UHGV virus genome: UHGV-1421865
Direction: 5' to 3' (one strand)
Origin: a virus
Length of the DNA stretch: 64,000 nucleotides
Under the pieces are notes generated by a model, which was not told where the DNA came from, did no database searches, and was given only the letters and a program-made list of their open reading frames with translations. Position 1 is the first letter of the stretch; every line of letters begins with the position of its first letter. The translations under genes were made by a program, and so were the position numbers. Below are positions 55,442-64,000 of this stretch, piece by piece.

Positions 55442-57351
55442 GCTAAAGAAGCGTTGCCAAGACTGCGCATACGGTTCATGATGTTAGAATAATAGGATTC
55501 CACTACCGTTTGCTTTACAGGTTCTGCAGATTCTACTACGTCTTCGAAATTAACATTGTTCCAGAAAGACTCTGCGGTACCCTTCTTAGAAAAGTCGTAC
55601 ATCTGTGCACTACGGATGATTTCATCCTTTCGGGCTTCACTGAGTAGGTTAAACGACGCTTCGTACTTTGCAGGCATTTGTTCGATACATGCGACACCGG
55701 CATACTTGTTATTCAACTTGTTTTCTTCGATAACATTCTGTAACGGGGTATTGTTTTGGTGCTCTATCATCGCGTCGAGCATGTTGTCGATATTTTCAAG
55801 ACGAACCTTATTGGTGTTCTCCATAAACTCTTGAACGTCGCCCATCACAGACTCACGAACCTTCGGTGCAAACTCGCTATTGAGGTAGCTGTCGAGTACA
55901 TTAGAGTATTCGTTGGTTACCCATTTCTTAATGGTCTCGTTGATAGTCGGAGCAAACTCGCTCTTAAGATAATTTTCTAGTCCCGTAGAGTATTCTTCGG
56001 TCACCCATTCTTGGATTGTTTCTCCGATAGTCGGTGCAAACTGTTCCTTGAGATACTTTTCGAGATTATCGGAATACTCTTCTGTTACCCACGACTGGAT
56101 TTTCTCACCAATCATCGGGGCGAAATGCTCATGTAGGTATTGGTCTAGATTATCGGAATACTCTTCAGTCACCCATTTCTCGACAGCTTCACCGATAGTA
56201 GGAGCAAACTGTTCTTTTAGGTAATCTTCAAGAACTGTAGAGTATTCATTAGATACCCATGTCTGGATTGTTTCACCGATAGTGGTGGCGAAATGCTCTT
56301 TGAGGTATTCGTCTAACGTACTCGAGTATTCAGTAGCTACCCATTTCTTAACGTTTTCGCTAATAAGCGCTTCAATACGACTTTCGTCGACCATAGGTTG
56401 CTCAATGTCTTCTAACATATCTGAGAATCGCGCTTCCATTTTGGTACCGAATTCCTTGGTCACCCAATTTTCAATCGCGTCATAGTCTGTAGGACGAACT
56501 GCAGCAAGCGATTCTTTCGCCACATGGAGTTGTGCTTCGAGACTGTCGACTTTATCAACTAATGTTTCTATCGTCTTTTTAAGATCTTCCATTTCTTCTG
56601 ATTGTTTTGATTCTTCGTCTTCTGTAGGTTCTTCTTCAGTATGTTCAGGCTCGGGTGCAGGTTCAGGCACAGGAGCCTCTGTAGGTTCAGGCCCATCGGC
56701 ACCGCTAACAATAGCGCCTGCAACGACATCTTTCACTGCGTCTTTAATGACCTTTCCGACGGCGACATCAGAAGCATCTTCTTCGTAAATAGCCCAAATG
56801 TTGGTCTGGTCGTCGGAAAGTGACTCGTTCAAGTTAGCAACACACTGTCCTTCGGCGAGGTTGAGGCGCGCCTGTGAGAAACCGGGTGTTCCGACAAGGT
56901 CGTAGGTTTTAATCATCGACAACATTACATGACCGTTGTTATCGACACTTCCAGAACCGCGCGATGAAATGTAAAGAGGAAGACCTCCTTCTACGATGGC
57001 ACGAGCCGTACGACCTTTCGGTGTATCTAACAAACAGATTGTACCGGTAACTGTACCGTCACTGTTCATACTGATTGATTCAATCTTGTGCGATACATTA
57101 TTAAGGTCGATATTCATTGAATTAGGATGTTCTAATTCACCAGGACAACCTCCGGAGGCAATCTGTGCCTTAATTCCTTCTACCATCGAAGCATAATTGT
57201 CGTGATCGTAGATTCTGTTATTTTCATTCTTAATCCCGACGACACCGAACACACCGGTAAGACGCATAAGGTTGTCTTTAGGACTAGATTCAACAACGAG
57301 ATTATTTACCTTTCCTAAGGTTTCATAAATAATACAACGTTTTTTGCTCAT
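55438..57351 (-). CDS. prohead protease (T4 gp21-like, Peptidase U9/S77) fused to a repeat-containing scaffold/prohead-core domain
   Basis: N-terminal 'GVFGVVGIKNENNRIY', 'GELEHPNSMNIDL' and 'YISSRGSGSVDNNGHV' resemble T4 gp21 'GIFMQAEVVNRNKRLY', 'GELNHPPRANVDP' and 'GVSSRGLGSLTDTNEGY'. Followed by an acidic/Pro-rich linker and 6-7 tandem 28-aa repeats 'WVTEEYSDNL(D/E)(Q/K)YLKEQFAPTIGE'. Confidence 0.7.
   Translation of the reverse strand: MSKKRCIIYETLGKVNNLVVESSPKDNLMRLTGVFGVVGIKNENNRIYDHDNYASMVEGIKAQIASGGCPGELEHPNSMNIDLNNVSHKIESISMNSDGTVTGTICLLDTPKGRTARAIVEGGLPLYISSRGSGSVDNNGHVMLSMIKTYDLVGTPGFSQARLNLAEGQCVANLNESLSDDQTNIWAIYEEDASDVAVGKVIKDAVKDVVAGAIVSGADGPEPTEAPVPEPAPEPEHTEEEPTEDEESKQSEEMEDLKKTIETLVDKVDSLEAQLHVAKESLAAVRPTDYDAIENWVTKEFGTKMEARFSDMLEDIEQPMVDESRIEALISENVKKWVATEYSSTLDEYLKEHFATTIGETIQTWVSNEYSTVLEDYLKEQFAPTIGEAVEKWVTEEYSDNLDQYLHEHFAPMIGEKIQSWVTEEYSDNLEKYLKEQFAPTIGETIQEWVTEEYSTGLENYLKSEFAPTINETIKKWVTNEYSNVLDSYLNSEFAPKVRESVMGDVQEFMENTNKVRLENIDNMLDAMIEHQNNTPLQNVIEENKLNNKYAGVACIEQMPAKYEASFNLLSEARKDEIIRSAQMYDFSKKGTAESFWNNVNFEDVVESAEPVKQTVVESYYSNIMNRMRSLGNASLA
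55840..56470 (-). repeat. in-frame 84-nt tandem coding repeats (6-7 units) in scaffold domain
   Basis: Peptide periodicity listed above. Coordinates approximate. Confidence 0.65.
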
Positions 57352-57424
57352 ATTGTATATAATATCTAGATATATCGTACATATATGTACAAATAATAAT
57401 CAGCTGTATTTATGCACTTGCTAC

Positions 57425-58195
57425 TCAAGCAAATTTAGGTTTCATTTTTGGCTTCATCTTAGGGCATTTATAAAACATTCGTGACTTGTCTGTCACATTC
57501 GATACGTCCCAACCGGATAAGTCAGTATCTAGACTAATACAATTGTAAAACATATAGCTCATATTTTCTGCATTGGACGTGTTCCAGGTGGACAAATCAG
57601 TATCTAAACTACTACAGCCATAAAACATGTGTGACAAGTTTATTGCATTGCTGATGTCCCATTTTGATAGATTAGAATTGAATTTTGTACAATCACTGAA
57701 CATCCTGACTGTGTTTGTCACACTACTAACATCCCAATCAGATAAGTCACTGTTAAAACTTCGACAACCATAAAAAATATAAGTCATGGTTTCGACATTT
57801 GATGTATTCCAATTTTCTAACCCTTTACCTTCAAAATTCATACAATTATTGAACATACCACGCATGTTTTTCACATTGGACACTCGTGTCCCCCAATCAG
57901 ACAAATCGACATTGAATTCTTTCTGCTCCATAAACATGTAAGACATGTCTACAACATTACTAACGTCCCATTGGTCTATTTTGATATTTTCGATATGATA
58001 AACTCTAAACAAGTACGACATGTCCGTAATAAGAGACGTGTCGATATGGTTCAAATCGGCATCGGGACCTTGACGTTTCAATTCTTCTTCTATGATAGCT
58101 TTGAGTTCGTCTTTTGTTGTCGGCCGTATTAGTTCAAGTGGTTTAGACTTAGATGTAATCTTTAACCGTTCGTTCACGAAATTTGATAGTGACAT
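57425..58195 (-). CDS. DUF285-repeat paralog family member
   Basis: 'MSLSNFVNERLKITSKSKPLELIRPTTKDELKAIIEEELKRQGPDADLNHIDTS'. C-tail 'CPKMKPKMKPKFA'. Confidence 0.75.
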   Translation of the reverse strand: MSLSNFVNERLKITSKSKPLELIRPTTKDELKAIIEEELKRQGPDADLNHIDTSLITDMSYLFRVYHIENIKIDQWDVSNVVDMSYMFMEQKEFNVDLSDWGTRVSNVKNMRGMFNNCMNFEGKGLENWNTSNVETMTYIFYGCRSFNSDLSDWDVSSVTNTVRMFSDCTKFNSNLSKWDISNAINLSHMFYGCSSLDTDLSTWNTSNAENMSYMFYNCISLDTDLSGWDVSNVTDKSRMFYKCPKMKPKMKPKFA

Positions 58196-58200
58196 TTTTG

Positions 58201-58905
58201 TTAACTGAATTTTGGTTTTAGTTTCTTACTTCTATTCATATTAGGGCAATTTTTGAACATAAAAGTATTGGTTACAACTTTCGAAACGTCCCAACCAGAC
58301 AAATCTGACTTGAATTTATTACATCCATAAAACATGTTGAACATAGTAGTAACGTTGGAGACGTCCCAAGCTGACAAGTCACTATTGAATTCGCCACAAC
58401 TTTGAAACATAGCGTCCATTTTAGTCACATTTGATACATCCCAATTTGATAAATCAGAATTGAATTTATGACAGTTATAAAACATATAAGACATACTTGT
58501 TACATTAGATACGTTCCATTTAGATAAATCAGATTCAAAAAAGTTACAATAATAAAACATATTGTGCATATTTGTTACATTAGATACGTTCCAACGTGAC
58601 AGATCGCAATTGAACTCATAACAGTTATGGAACATATTGTCCATATTTGTAACATTTGATACATCCCAACTGTCTATCTTGATGTTTTTAATTTTTAGAT
58701 TAACAAACAACGTAGACATATCGGTGATCTTAGAAACATCTATGTGATTCAAATCAGCATCCGGACCTTGACGTTCTAGTTCTTCTTTTATTACATCTAT
58801 AAGTTCATCTTTTGATTTCGGCGTTAGTGTGGATGATTTAGTATTGGATGTAATCTTTAATCGTTCTGTGATTAAACTATTGTGAATAAATGTTGAAAGT
58901 GTCAT
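58201..58905 (-). CDS. DUF285-repeat paralog family member
   Basis: N-cap with 'ITERLKITSNTKSSTLTPKSKDELIDVIKEELERQGPDADLNHIDVS'. C-tail 'CPNMNRSKKLKPKFS'. Confidence 0.75.
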   Translation of the reverse strand: MTLSTFIHNSLITERLKITSNTKSSTLTPKSKDELIDVIKEELERQGPDADLNHIDVSKITDMSTLFVNLKIKNIKIDSWDVSNVTNMDNMFHNCYEFNCDLSRWNVSNVTNMHNMFYYCNFFESDLSKWNVSNVTSMSYMFYNCHKFNSDLSNWDVSNVTKMDAMFQSCGEFNSDLSAWDVSNVTTMFNMFYGCNKFKSDLSGWDVSKVVTNTFMFKNCPNMNRSKKLKPKFS

Positions 58906-58909
58906 TTTA

Positions 58910-59599
58910 TCAGATATTGAATTTAGGTTTCATTTTAGGTTTCATCTTAGGACATTTATAAAACATGCGTGGCATGTATGTTACCTTGTCTACATTCCAG
59001 CCGGATAAGTCGCTGCTAAAATTACTACATTCATAGAACATGTACTTCATATCTGTGACCTTTGAAGTGTCCCATTTTGATAGGTCGCTATTGAAATTAC
59101 TACATTCATAGAACATTTCTGCCATGTCCGTCACATTACTGACATCCCAACTAGATAAATCATTATCTAAAGCACTACACCCATGAAACATCCCTTCCAT
59201 AGTTGTCACATTAGAAGTGTTCCATTTTGATAGGTCGCTATTGAAACTATTACAACCATCGAACATGTACCTCATATTAGTGACTTTTGAAGTGTTCCAA
59301 CGAGAAAGGTCACAATTGAATTTTATTTGACTCATAAACATGCCGGCCATGTTCGTCACATTGCTGACGTCCCAATCGTAGATTTTGATGTTTCCAATAA
59401 AAACACTATTAAACAAATACGACATGTCGGTTATCTTCGACGTATCGATAAAGTTCAAGTCAGCATCTTGACCTTGTCGTTCTAATTCCTCCTTTATTAT
59501 GCCTTTTAGTTCGTCTTTCGTTTTGGGTACTAGTTTTTCCAAAGGTTTAGAATTAGACGCAATCTTTAATCGTTCTGTGATGAAATTTGAAAGTAACAT
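58910..59599 (-). CDS. DUF285-repeat paralog family member
   Basis: 'MLLSNFITERLKIASNSKPLEKLVPKTKDELKGII…'. C-tail 'CPKMKPKMKPKFNI'. Confidence 0.75.
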   Translation of the reverse strand: MLLSNFITERLKIASNSKPLEKLVPKTKDELKGIIKEELERQGQDADLNFIDTSKITDMSYLFNSVFIGNIKIYDWDVSNVTNMAGMFMSQIKFNCDLSRWNTSKVTNMRYMFDGCNSFNSDLSKWNTSNVTTMEGMFHGCSALDNDLSSWDVSNVTDMAEMFYECSNFNSDLSKWDTSKVTDMKYMFYECSNFSSDLSGWNVDKVTYMPRMFYKCPKMKPKMKPKFNI

Positions 59600-59638
59600 A
59601 TAAATTTAACTATATTTGTTGAAACAAATAACTCAACG

Positions 59639-60397
59639 CTATGCGTTGTCAAATTTAGGCAATAGTGCAGGTGTCATTTTAGGACATCTGCCGAATGCTT
59701 TATCTGCTGCAACGAAATCAGGCAGTTTCCAATTAGACAAGTCACAGTGCAAGTTTTTACATTTATAAAATGCGTACGACATATTCGATACATTATGAAC
59801 TCGTGAAGCCCAAATAGACAAGTCGCAATCAAGCGATTCACACCCATTAAACGCATATTGCATGTATGCTACATTGCTGACGTCCCAGTACGAGAAGTCG
59901 CAATCAAGTGATTTACATCCACTGAATGCGTGACTTATATCGTTTATGTTCGATACGTCCCAATTCTCTAAACCTGTGCCTATAAAATTACTACATTTAT
60001 AAAACGTCAAATATAATCTTGTTATTTTTGGTAATTTCCAAGTCGATAGGTCACCGTTGAAGTTCTTACAATAGGCGAACATATTGCTTATATCTTGTAC
60101 ATTAGAAACTCGTGAACCCCACTTGTCCAAACCGATACCATTGAATTTTCTACAATATGCGAACATACTGGTCATATTGGTGACTTTTGAAGTGTCCCAC
60201 TCGTCTATTTCAATGTTTCGTATATCAAAATCCTTAAATAACTCACTCATGTCAGTGATCAACGATGTGTCAATGAAATTTAGATCCGCATCGGGACCTT
60301 GTTCTTTTAGTTCACGTTCTATAATAGACATCAGTTGTTCTTTCGATTTTGGCTTCAGCCGAAGTGATTTTGTCTTCGAAGTGATCTTTAGTGCCAT
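59639..60397 (-). CDS. DUF285-repeat paralog family member (short-form N-cap 'MALKITSKTKSL')
   Basis: Repeats plus C-tail 'CPKMTPALLPKFDNA'. Confidence 0.7.
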   Translation of the reverse strand: MALKITSKTKSLRLKPKSKEQLMSIIERELKEQGPDADLNFIDTSLITDMSELFKDFDIRNIEIDEWDTSKVTNMTSMFAYCRKFNGIGLDKWGSRVSNVQDISNMFAYCKNFNGDLSTWKLPKITRLYLTFYKCSNFIGTGLENWDVSNINDISHAFSGCKSLDCDFSYWDVSNVAYMQYAFNGCESLDCDLSIWASRVHNVSNMSYAFYKCKNLHCDLSNWKLPDFVAADKAFGRCPKMTPALLPKFDNA

Positions 60398-60404
60398 TTA
60401 TCAG

Positions 60405-61127
60405 TTATTTGAATTTCGGTTGTAAATCGTCTGTCATTATATTCTTTTTACCGAAGAAATTTTGGTGTAGTCTAACACGGGCAACATTCCACCCAGACAA
60501 GTCTTGTTTGAATTCCCAGCATCCTAAAAACATACCCTCCATGTCCGTCACATTAGAGACGTCCCATGAAGATATAGGCGCGTTAAATTTCTTACAATTA
60601 TGGAACATGTACTTCATGCTTGTTACGTTAGATGTGTCCCAATTTTCTAAACCTGTTCCTTTGAATTTTCTACATCCAGAAAACATCCCATACATATCGT
60701 CTACTTTACTAGTGTCCCAACCAGACAAATCTCCGACAAAATTTTTACACCCTTCAAACATGTATACCATGCGTGTTACGTTAGATGTGTTCCAATTTTC
60801 TAAACCTTCACCTTTGAAGTTCTCTTGTCCTGCAAACATGTTTTGCATAGTAGTGACCTTTGATGTATTCCACTGGTCGATTTTGATATTTCCTATTTCA
60901 AGCCAGTTGAACAAACTAGACATGTCGGTTATTTTTGATGTGTCGATATGGTTTAGATCCGCATCGGGACCTTGATGTCTTAGTTCTTTTTCTATCAACG
61001 AACATAACTCCTCTCTTGATTCAGGTACCAGTATTAATGATCTACTATTAGAAGTAATCTTTAATCGTTCTGTGATGAATGTTGAAAGTGACATTGAAAT
61101 TCTTTTATTCTTATATGTAAAAATCAA
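60405..61127 (-). CDS. DUF285-repeat paralog family member
   Basis: 'MSLSTFITERLKITSNSRSL…'. C-terminal '…DDLQPKFK'. Confidence 0.7.
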   Translation of the reverse strand: MIFTYKNKRISMSLSTFITERLKITSNSRSLILVPESREELCSLIEKELRHQGPDADLNHIDTSKITDMSSLFNWLEIGNIKIDQWNTSKVTTMQNMFAGQENFKGEGLENWNTSNVTRMVYMFEGCKNFVGDLSGWDTSKVDDMYGMFSGCRKFKGTGLENWDTSNVTSMKYMFHNCKKFNAPISSWDVSNVTDMEGMFLGCWEFKQDLSGWNVARVRLHQNFFGKKNIMTDDLQPKFK

Positions 61128-61130
61128 AAA

Positions 61131-61170
61131 ACAGACTATATCTACACAGGTAGACCTAGTCTGTTTTGTT
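61131..61170 (-). terminator. putative terminator hairpin (for 61202..61708 transcript)
   Basis: aaacagactat…agtctgttt stem. T-run on the minus strand. Confidence 0.45.
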
Positions 61171-61201
61171 TCACTGTTTGTGTTTTTCTAGTACGTTATA
61201 A

Positions 61202-61708
61202 TTAAACCAAGTTCAGTTTTTGTTTACAGTACTCGAAAAACTCTTCTGTCAAGATGAATGTTACTATTTTTGATACTGTTTCGTTTATACTAACAAAGTC
61301 TAGTTTAGTAAAGTCGATTGCAGACGGTGTATCAAAACTAAATTGCTCATCGATACCGTCGTTCAAATTCCTAAACAGTTCTACAAATGTATGCGGTAAA
61401 TAAGGATTGTCATCACAGACCAAGTTATCTTGAATCCAATCTACAAAATCCTTATTCTGTACCATCGGAATTCTGATGTTTTCCAAATTAACGTACGGAA
61501 TTTGTGTATAATTTACAATACTACGGCAGTACGTTTTAACTGTATCAATTTCTTGCTCTGGTGTTCCAGTGAGTTGAATCAAGTCTGTAATATGTGGATA
61601 TGCTAGTACGCAACACAATGTTACAAGACATGTAGCCGGGTCGTATTTACGAAACGAATCGTCTACCACCGATGCAAACTCTTCTGTACACTTAAAATTT
61701 AGGTCCAT
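61202..61708 (-). CDS. hypothetical protein interrupting the paralog array
   Basis: 168-aa ORF, unrelated to DUF285. Confidence 0.45.
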   Translation of the reverse strand: MDLNFKCTEEFASVVDDSFRKYDPATCLVTLCCVLAYPHITDLIQLTGTPEQEIDTVKTYCRSIVNYTQIPYVNLENIRIPMVQNKDFVDWIQDNLVCDDNPYLPHTFVELFRNLNDGIDEQFSFDTPSAIDFTKLDFVSINETVSKIVTFILTEEFFEYCKQKLNLV

Positions 61709-61898
61709 ACATTGATTATATTGGTTTGTATGTACATATTATAGCGTAGTCTCCGAGCAAAATCAACGAATTAGTGAGTTGATTCAGTCTACAAAGTGAA
61801 CAAAATCAGCACACATTGTAAGGTAAATCAGTACGGACTACGTCTACAAACAAGTCAACCAACAAGACAGCACAGTCTCCAAGCAAAATCAACACAGA

Positions 61899-62594
61899 CT
61901 ATTTTTTAACAGTAGGTTTCATTTTCATCTTCATCTTAGGACAGTCTTTGAACATCCACTTTCTATAGGCTGCTGCTTTCTGAATATCCCAACCAGACAA
62001 GTCTTGTTCAAGAGATGTACATCCCCTAAACATAGATGTCATGTCTCTAACCTTACTAGTATTCCATCTCGAAATATCAGCATTGAAATCTGAACAATGT
62101 ACAAACATCGTCGACATCCATGCAACATTCGACACATTCCAATTTTCTAAACCGGTACCTTCAAATTTCTTACATCCAGAAAACATAGAGATCATATCTG
62201 TAACATTGGTTACGTCCCACTCAGACAAGTCTGGGTTTAATTTCTTACACCCAGCAAACATAGAAACCATATTAGTAACATTTGAAATGTCCCATGTCTC
62301 AAATCCACTACCGACAAATTCAGAACAATGCAAAAATGTACCGTGCATGTTTGTTACCTTAAACGTGTTCCATTTGTTTATTTTAATGTTTCTAATAGTA
62401 AGATTTTCGAACAAATACGACATATCGGTAATTTCAGATGTGTCGATAAAGTTCAGGTCGGCATCCGGACCTTGACGTTCCAGTTCTTGTTCTATCAGTA
62501 CACGTAGCTCTTTTCTCGTATTAGGTCTTATTGTTGCCGATTTCGTATTCGATGTGATCTTTAGTCGTTCACTAACAAAATTTTGTAGACTCAT
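61899..62594 (-). CDS. DUF285-repeat paralog family member
   Basis: 'MSLQNFVSERLKITSNTKSATIRPNTRKELRVLIEQELERQGPDADLNFIDTS'. C-tail 'CPKMKMKMKPTVKK'. Confidence 0.75.
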   Translation of the reverse strand: MSLQNFVSERLKITSNTKSATIRPNTRKELRVLIEQELERQGPDADLNFIDTSEITDMSYLFENLTIRNIKINKWNTFKVTNMHGTFLHCSEFVGSGFETWDISNVTNMVSMFAGCKKLNPDLSEWDVTNVTDMISMFSGCKKFEGTGLENWNVSNVAWMSTMFVHCSDFNADISRWNTSKVRDMTSMFRGCTSLEQDLSGWDIQKAAAYRKWMFKDCPKMKMKMKPTVKK

Positions 62595-62598
62595 ATTA

Positions 62599-63189
62599 TC
62601 AGTTTTTGAAATTAGGTTGTAGCTGTGGATTCTTTCTCATCTTAGGACAACTAACAAACATTCCCGCTTTATATATAACATTTGAAACATCCCACCCAGA
62701 CAAATCTGACTTGAATTTTGTACACTTATTAAACATATTCTCCATATTTGTCACATTTGATACATCCCAATCAGAAAGATCACAATTGAAATTTGGACAA
62801 TCATAGAACATGTAAGCTGTAATTTTTAAGTTCCTAACGTTCCAACTAGACAAGTCACAATTGAGTTTTCTACATGATATAAACATGTAAGACATATTTT
62901 TGACATTTGATACGTCCCACTGATCGATTTTGATGTTTCCAATAGAAAATCCACCCACACCAAACAAATAAGACATGTCCGTAATCAACGATGTATCAAT
63001 AAAATTGAGATCAGCGTCAGGACCTTGTTTATTAACCTCTTCTTTTATTAGTACCGCAAGTTCTACTTTTGTTGCAGGTCTTATTAGTTCAAGTGGTTTA
63101 GACTTAGATGTAATCTTTATACGTTCTGCGACATGACAACGCTGTGCGTTGAGTTGTTCACACAAGTGAACATACTTTTGTAGACTCAT
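62599..63189 (-). CDS. DUF285-repeat paralog family member with a 16-aa insertion in the N-cap
   Basis: 'MSLQKYVHLCEQLNAQRCHVAERIKITS…'. The insertion corresponds to two DNA hairpins (see findings). C-tail 'CPKMRKNPQLQPNFKN'. Confidence 0.7.
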   Translation of the reverse strand: MSLQKYVHLCEQLNAQRCHVAERIKITSKSKPLELIRPATKVELAVLIKEEVNKQGPDADLNFIDTSLITDMSYLFGVGGFSIGNIKIDQWDVSNVKNMSYMFISCRKLNCDLSSWNVRNLKITAYMFYDCPNFNCDLSDWDVSNVTNMENMFNKCTKFKSDLSGWDVSNVIYKAGMFVSCPKMRKNPQLQPNFKN

Positions 63190-63193
63190 ATTG

Positions 63194-63784
63194 TTAGTTG
63201 AATTTCGGTTGAAGTTGTGTATTATCTAACATATTAGGACACTCGTCAAATATATTTTCATGCTCTTCAACATTATATACATTCCACCTGGACAAATTTG
63301 ACTTGAATTTTGTACAGTCGTAAAACATCTCACTCATGTCTTTAACGTTAGATGTGTCCCAGTGACACAAGTCACCATTGAAGTTTCTGCATCCATAGAA
63401 CATATAATTCATGTTTATTACATTGGACACGTCCCACCAATCTAAACCGGTACCTTTGAAATCTTTACAACCATAGAACATACTAGGCATTTCAACAACA
63501 TTAGACACATTCCAATCAGACAAGTCAGTATCGAACTCTTTACAACCTTCAAACATGCTAGTCATGTACATCACATTGGACACGTCCCATTCGTCGATTT
63601 TGATGTTTCGAATATCAAGATCATAAAACAAATACGACATGTCTGTAATCAACGACGCATCGATAAAGTTCAAGTCAGCATCGGTACCTTGAATTTCTAG
63701 CTCCTCTTTTATCAGTGAATGCAGTTCTTTTTTCGAAGACGGTGTCAACACAAGCGATTTCGTATTAGATGTAATTTTTAGCAT
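63194..63784 (-). CDS. DUF285-repeat paralog family member (short-form N-cap 'MLKITSNTKSL')
   Basis: Repeats. C-tail 'CPNMLDNTQLQPKFN'. Confidence 0.7.
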   Translation of the reverse strand: MLKITSNTKSLVLTPSSKKELHSLIKEELEIQGTDADLNFIDASLITDMSYLFYDLDIRNIKIDEWDVSNVMYMTSMFEGCKEFDTDLSDWNVSNVVEMPSMFYGCKDFKGTGLDWWDVSNVINMNYMFYGCRNFNGDLCHWDTSNVKDMSEMFYDCTKFKSNLSRWNVYNVEEHENIFDECPNMLDNTQLQPKFN

Positions 63785-63791
63785 TATTTTA

Positions 63792-64000
63792 TCAGTGCTT
63801 GAATTTCGGCTGTAGCTGAGGATTGTTTGACATATTATTACACATATTAAATATGTTATTATAATAAATTACATTAGACGTGTCCCAAACAGACAGGTCA
63901 CATTTGAAATCAAAACAACAACCGAACATTCTATTCATTCTCCTCACATTCTTTGTGTTCCAAGTAGATATATCAGTCATAAGCATATCACAACCCATAA
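63792..64000 (-). CDS. DUF285-repeat paralog family member, 5' part beyond window edge (partial)
   Basis: '…DLSVWDTSNVIYYNNIFNMCNNMSNNPQLQPKFKH' C-terminal portion only. Confidence 0.55.
   Translation of the reverse strand, partial: MGCDMLMTDISTWNTKNVRRMNRMFGCCFDFKCDLSVWDTSNVIYYNNIFNMCNNMSNNPQLQPKFKH

Noticed and set aside
1-64000. Possible stop-codon reassignment (as in some large gut phages)
   Set aside because: Well-supported genes (nrdD, folD, dut, sigma, RNR) terminate at TAA/TGA at the expected lengths. There is no evidence of in-frame stops being read through.

Overview
This window appears to be from a large T4-like myovirus, probably infecting a Bacteroidetes-type host. GC is about 40%, the standard code is used with TAA/TGA stops, and one lysozyme and one secreted protein carry Bacteroidetes-style lipoprotein/signal peptides. 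Recognisable modules are: (1) replication and nucleotide metabolism: an AEP PrimPol-SF2 helicase fusion, the anaerobic RNR NrdD, a second RNR large subunit interrupted by a 230-aa intein, FolD, a dNMP kinase, a dUTPase, a DHH/DHHA1 phosphoesterase and a SAM methyltransferase; (2) a phage-encoded sigma-70 family factor; (3) a MoxR-type AAA ATPase paired with a metallopeptidase(HExxH)-VWA protein; (4) two separate peptidoglycan-hydrolase loci: a GH24 lysozyme lipoprotein, and a PG-binding/muramidase plus glucosaminidase pair; (5) a T4-like morphogenesis block on the minus strand: a gp21-like prohead protease fused to a repeat-rich scaffold, a gp23-like major capsid protein, a gp18-like tail sheath and a gp19-like tail tube. 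The dominant and most unusual content is a hyper-expanded paralog family of DUF285-type ~26-aa repeats ('WDVSNVTNM..MF..C..FN.DLS'). There are 20 intact or near-intact genes plus a fragment at the window edge and a relic, on both strands, about 14 kb or roughly one fifth of the window. Members share a conserved acidic N-terminal cap and a basic C-terminal tail, vary in repeat number, and show evidence of recent segmental duplication. Intergenic space also carries about ten copies of a modular, nested-palindromic repeat element in both orientations, with compensatory base changes in its stems. Some copies carry an inserted 'triple-hairpin' module, and one such hairpin pair is inserted in-frame into the 5' end of a paralog gene. 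No tRNA, CRISPR array or integrase was recognised.
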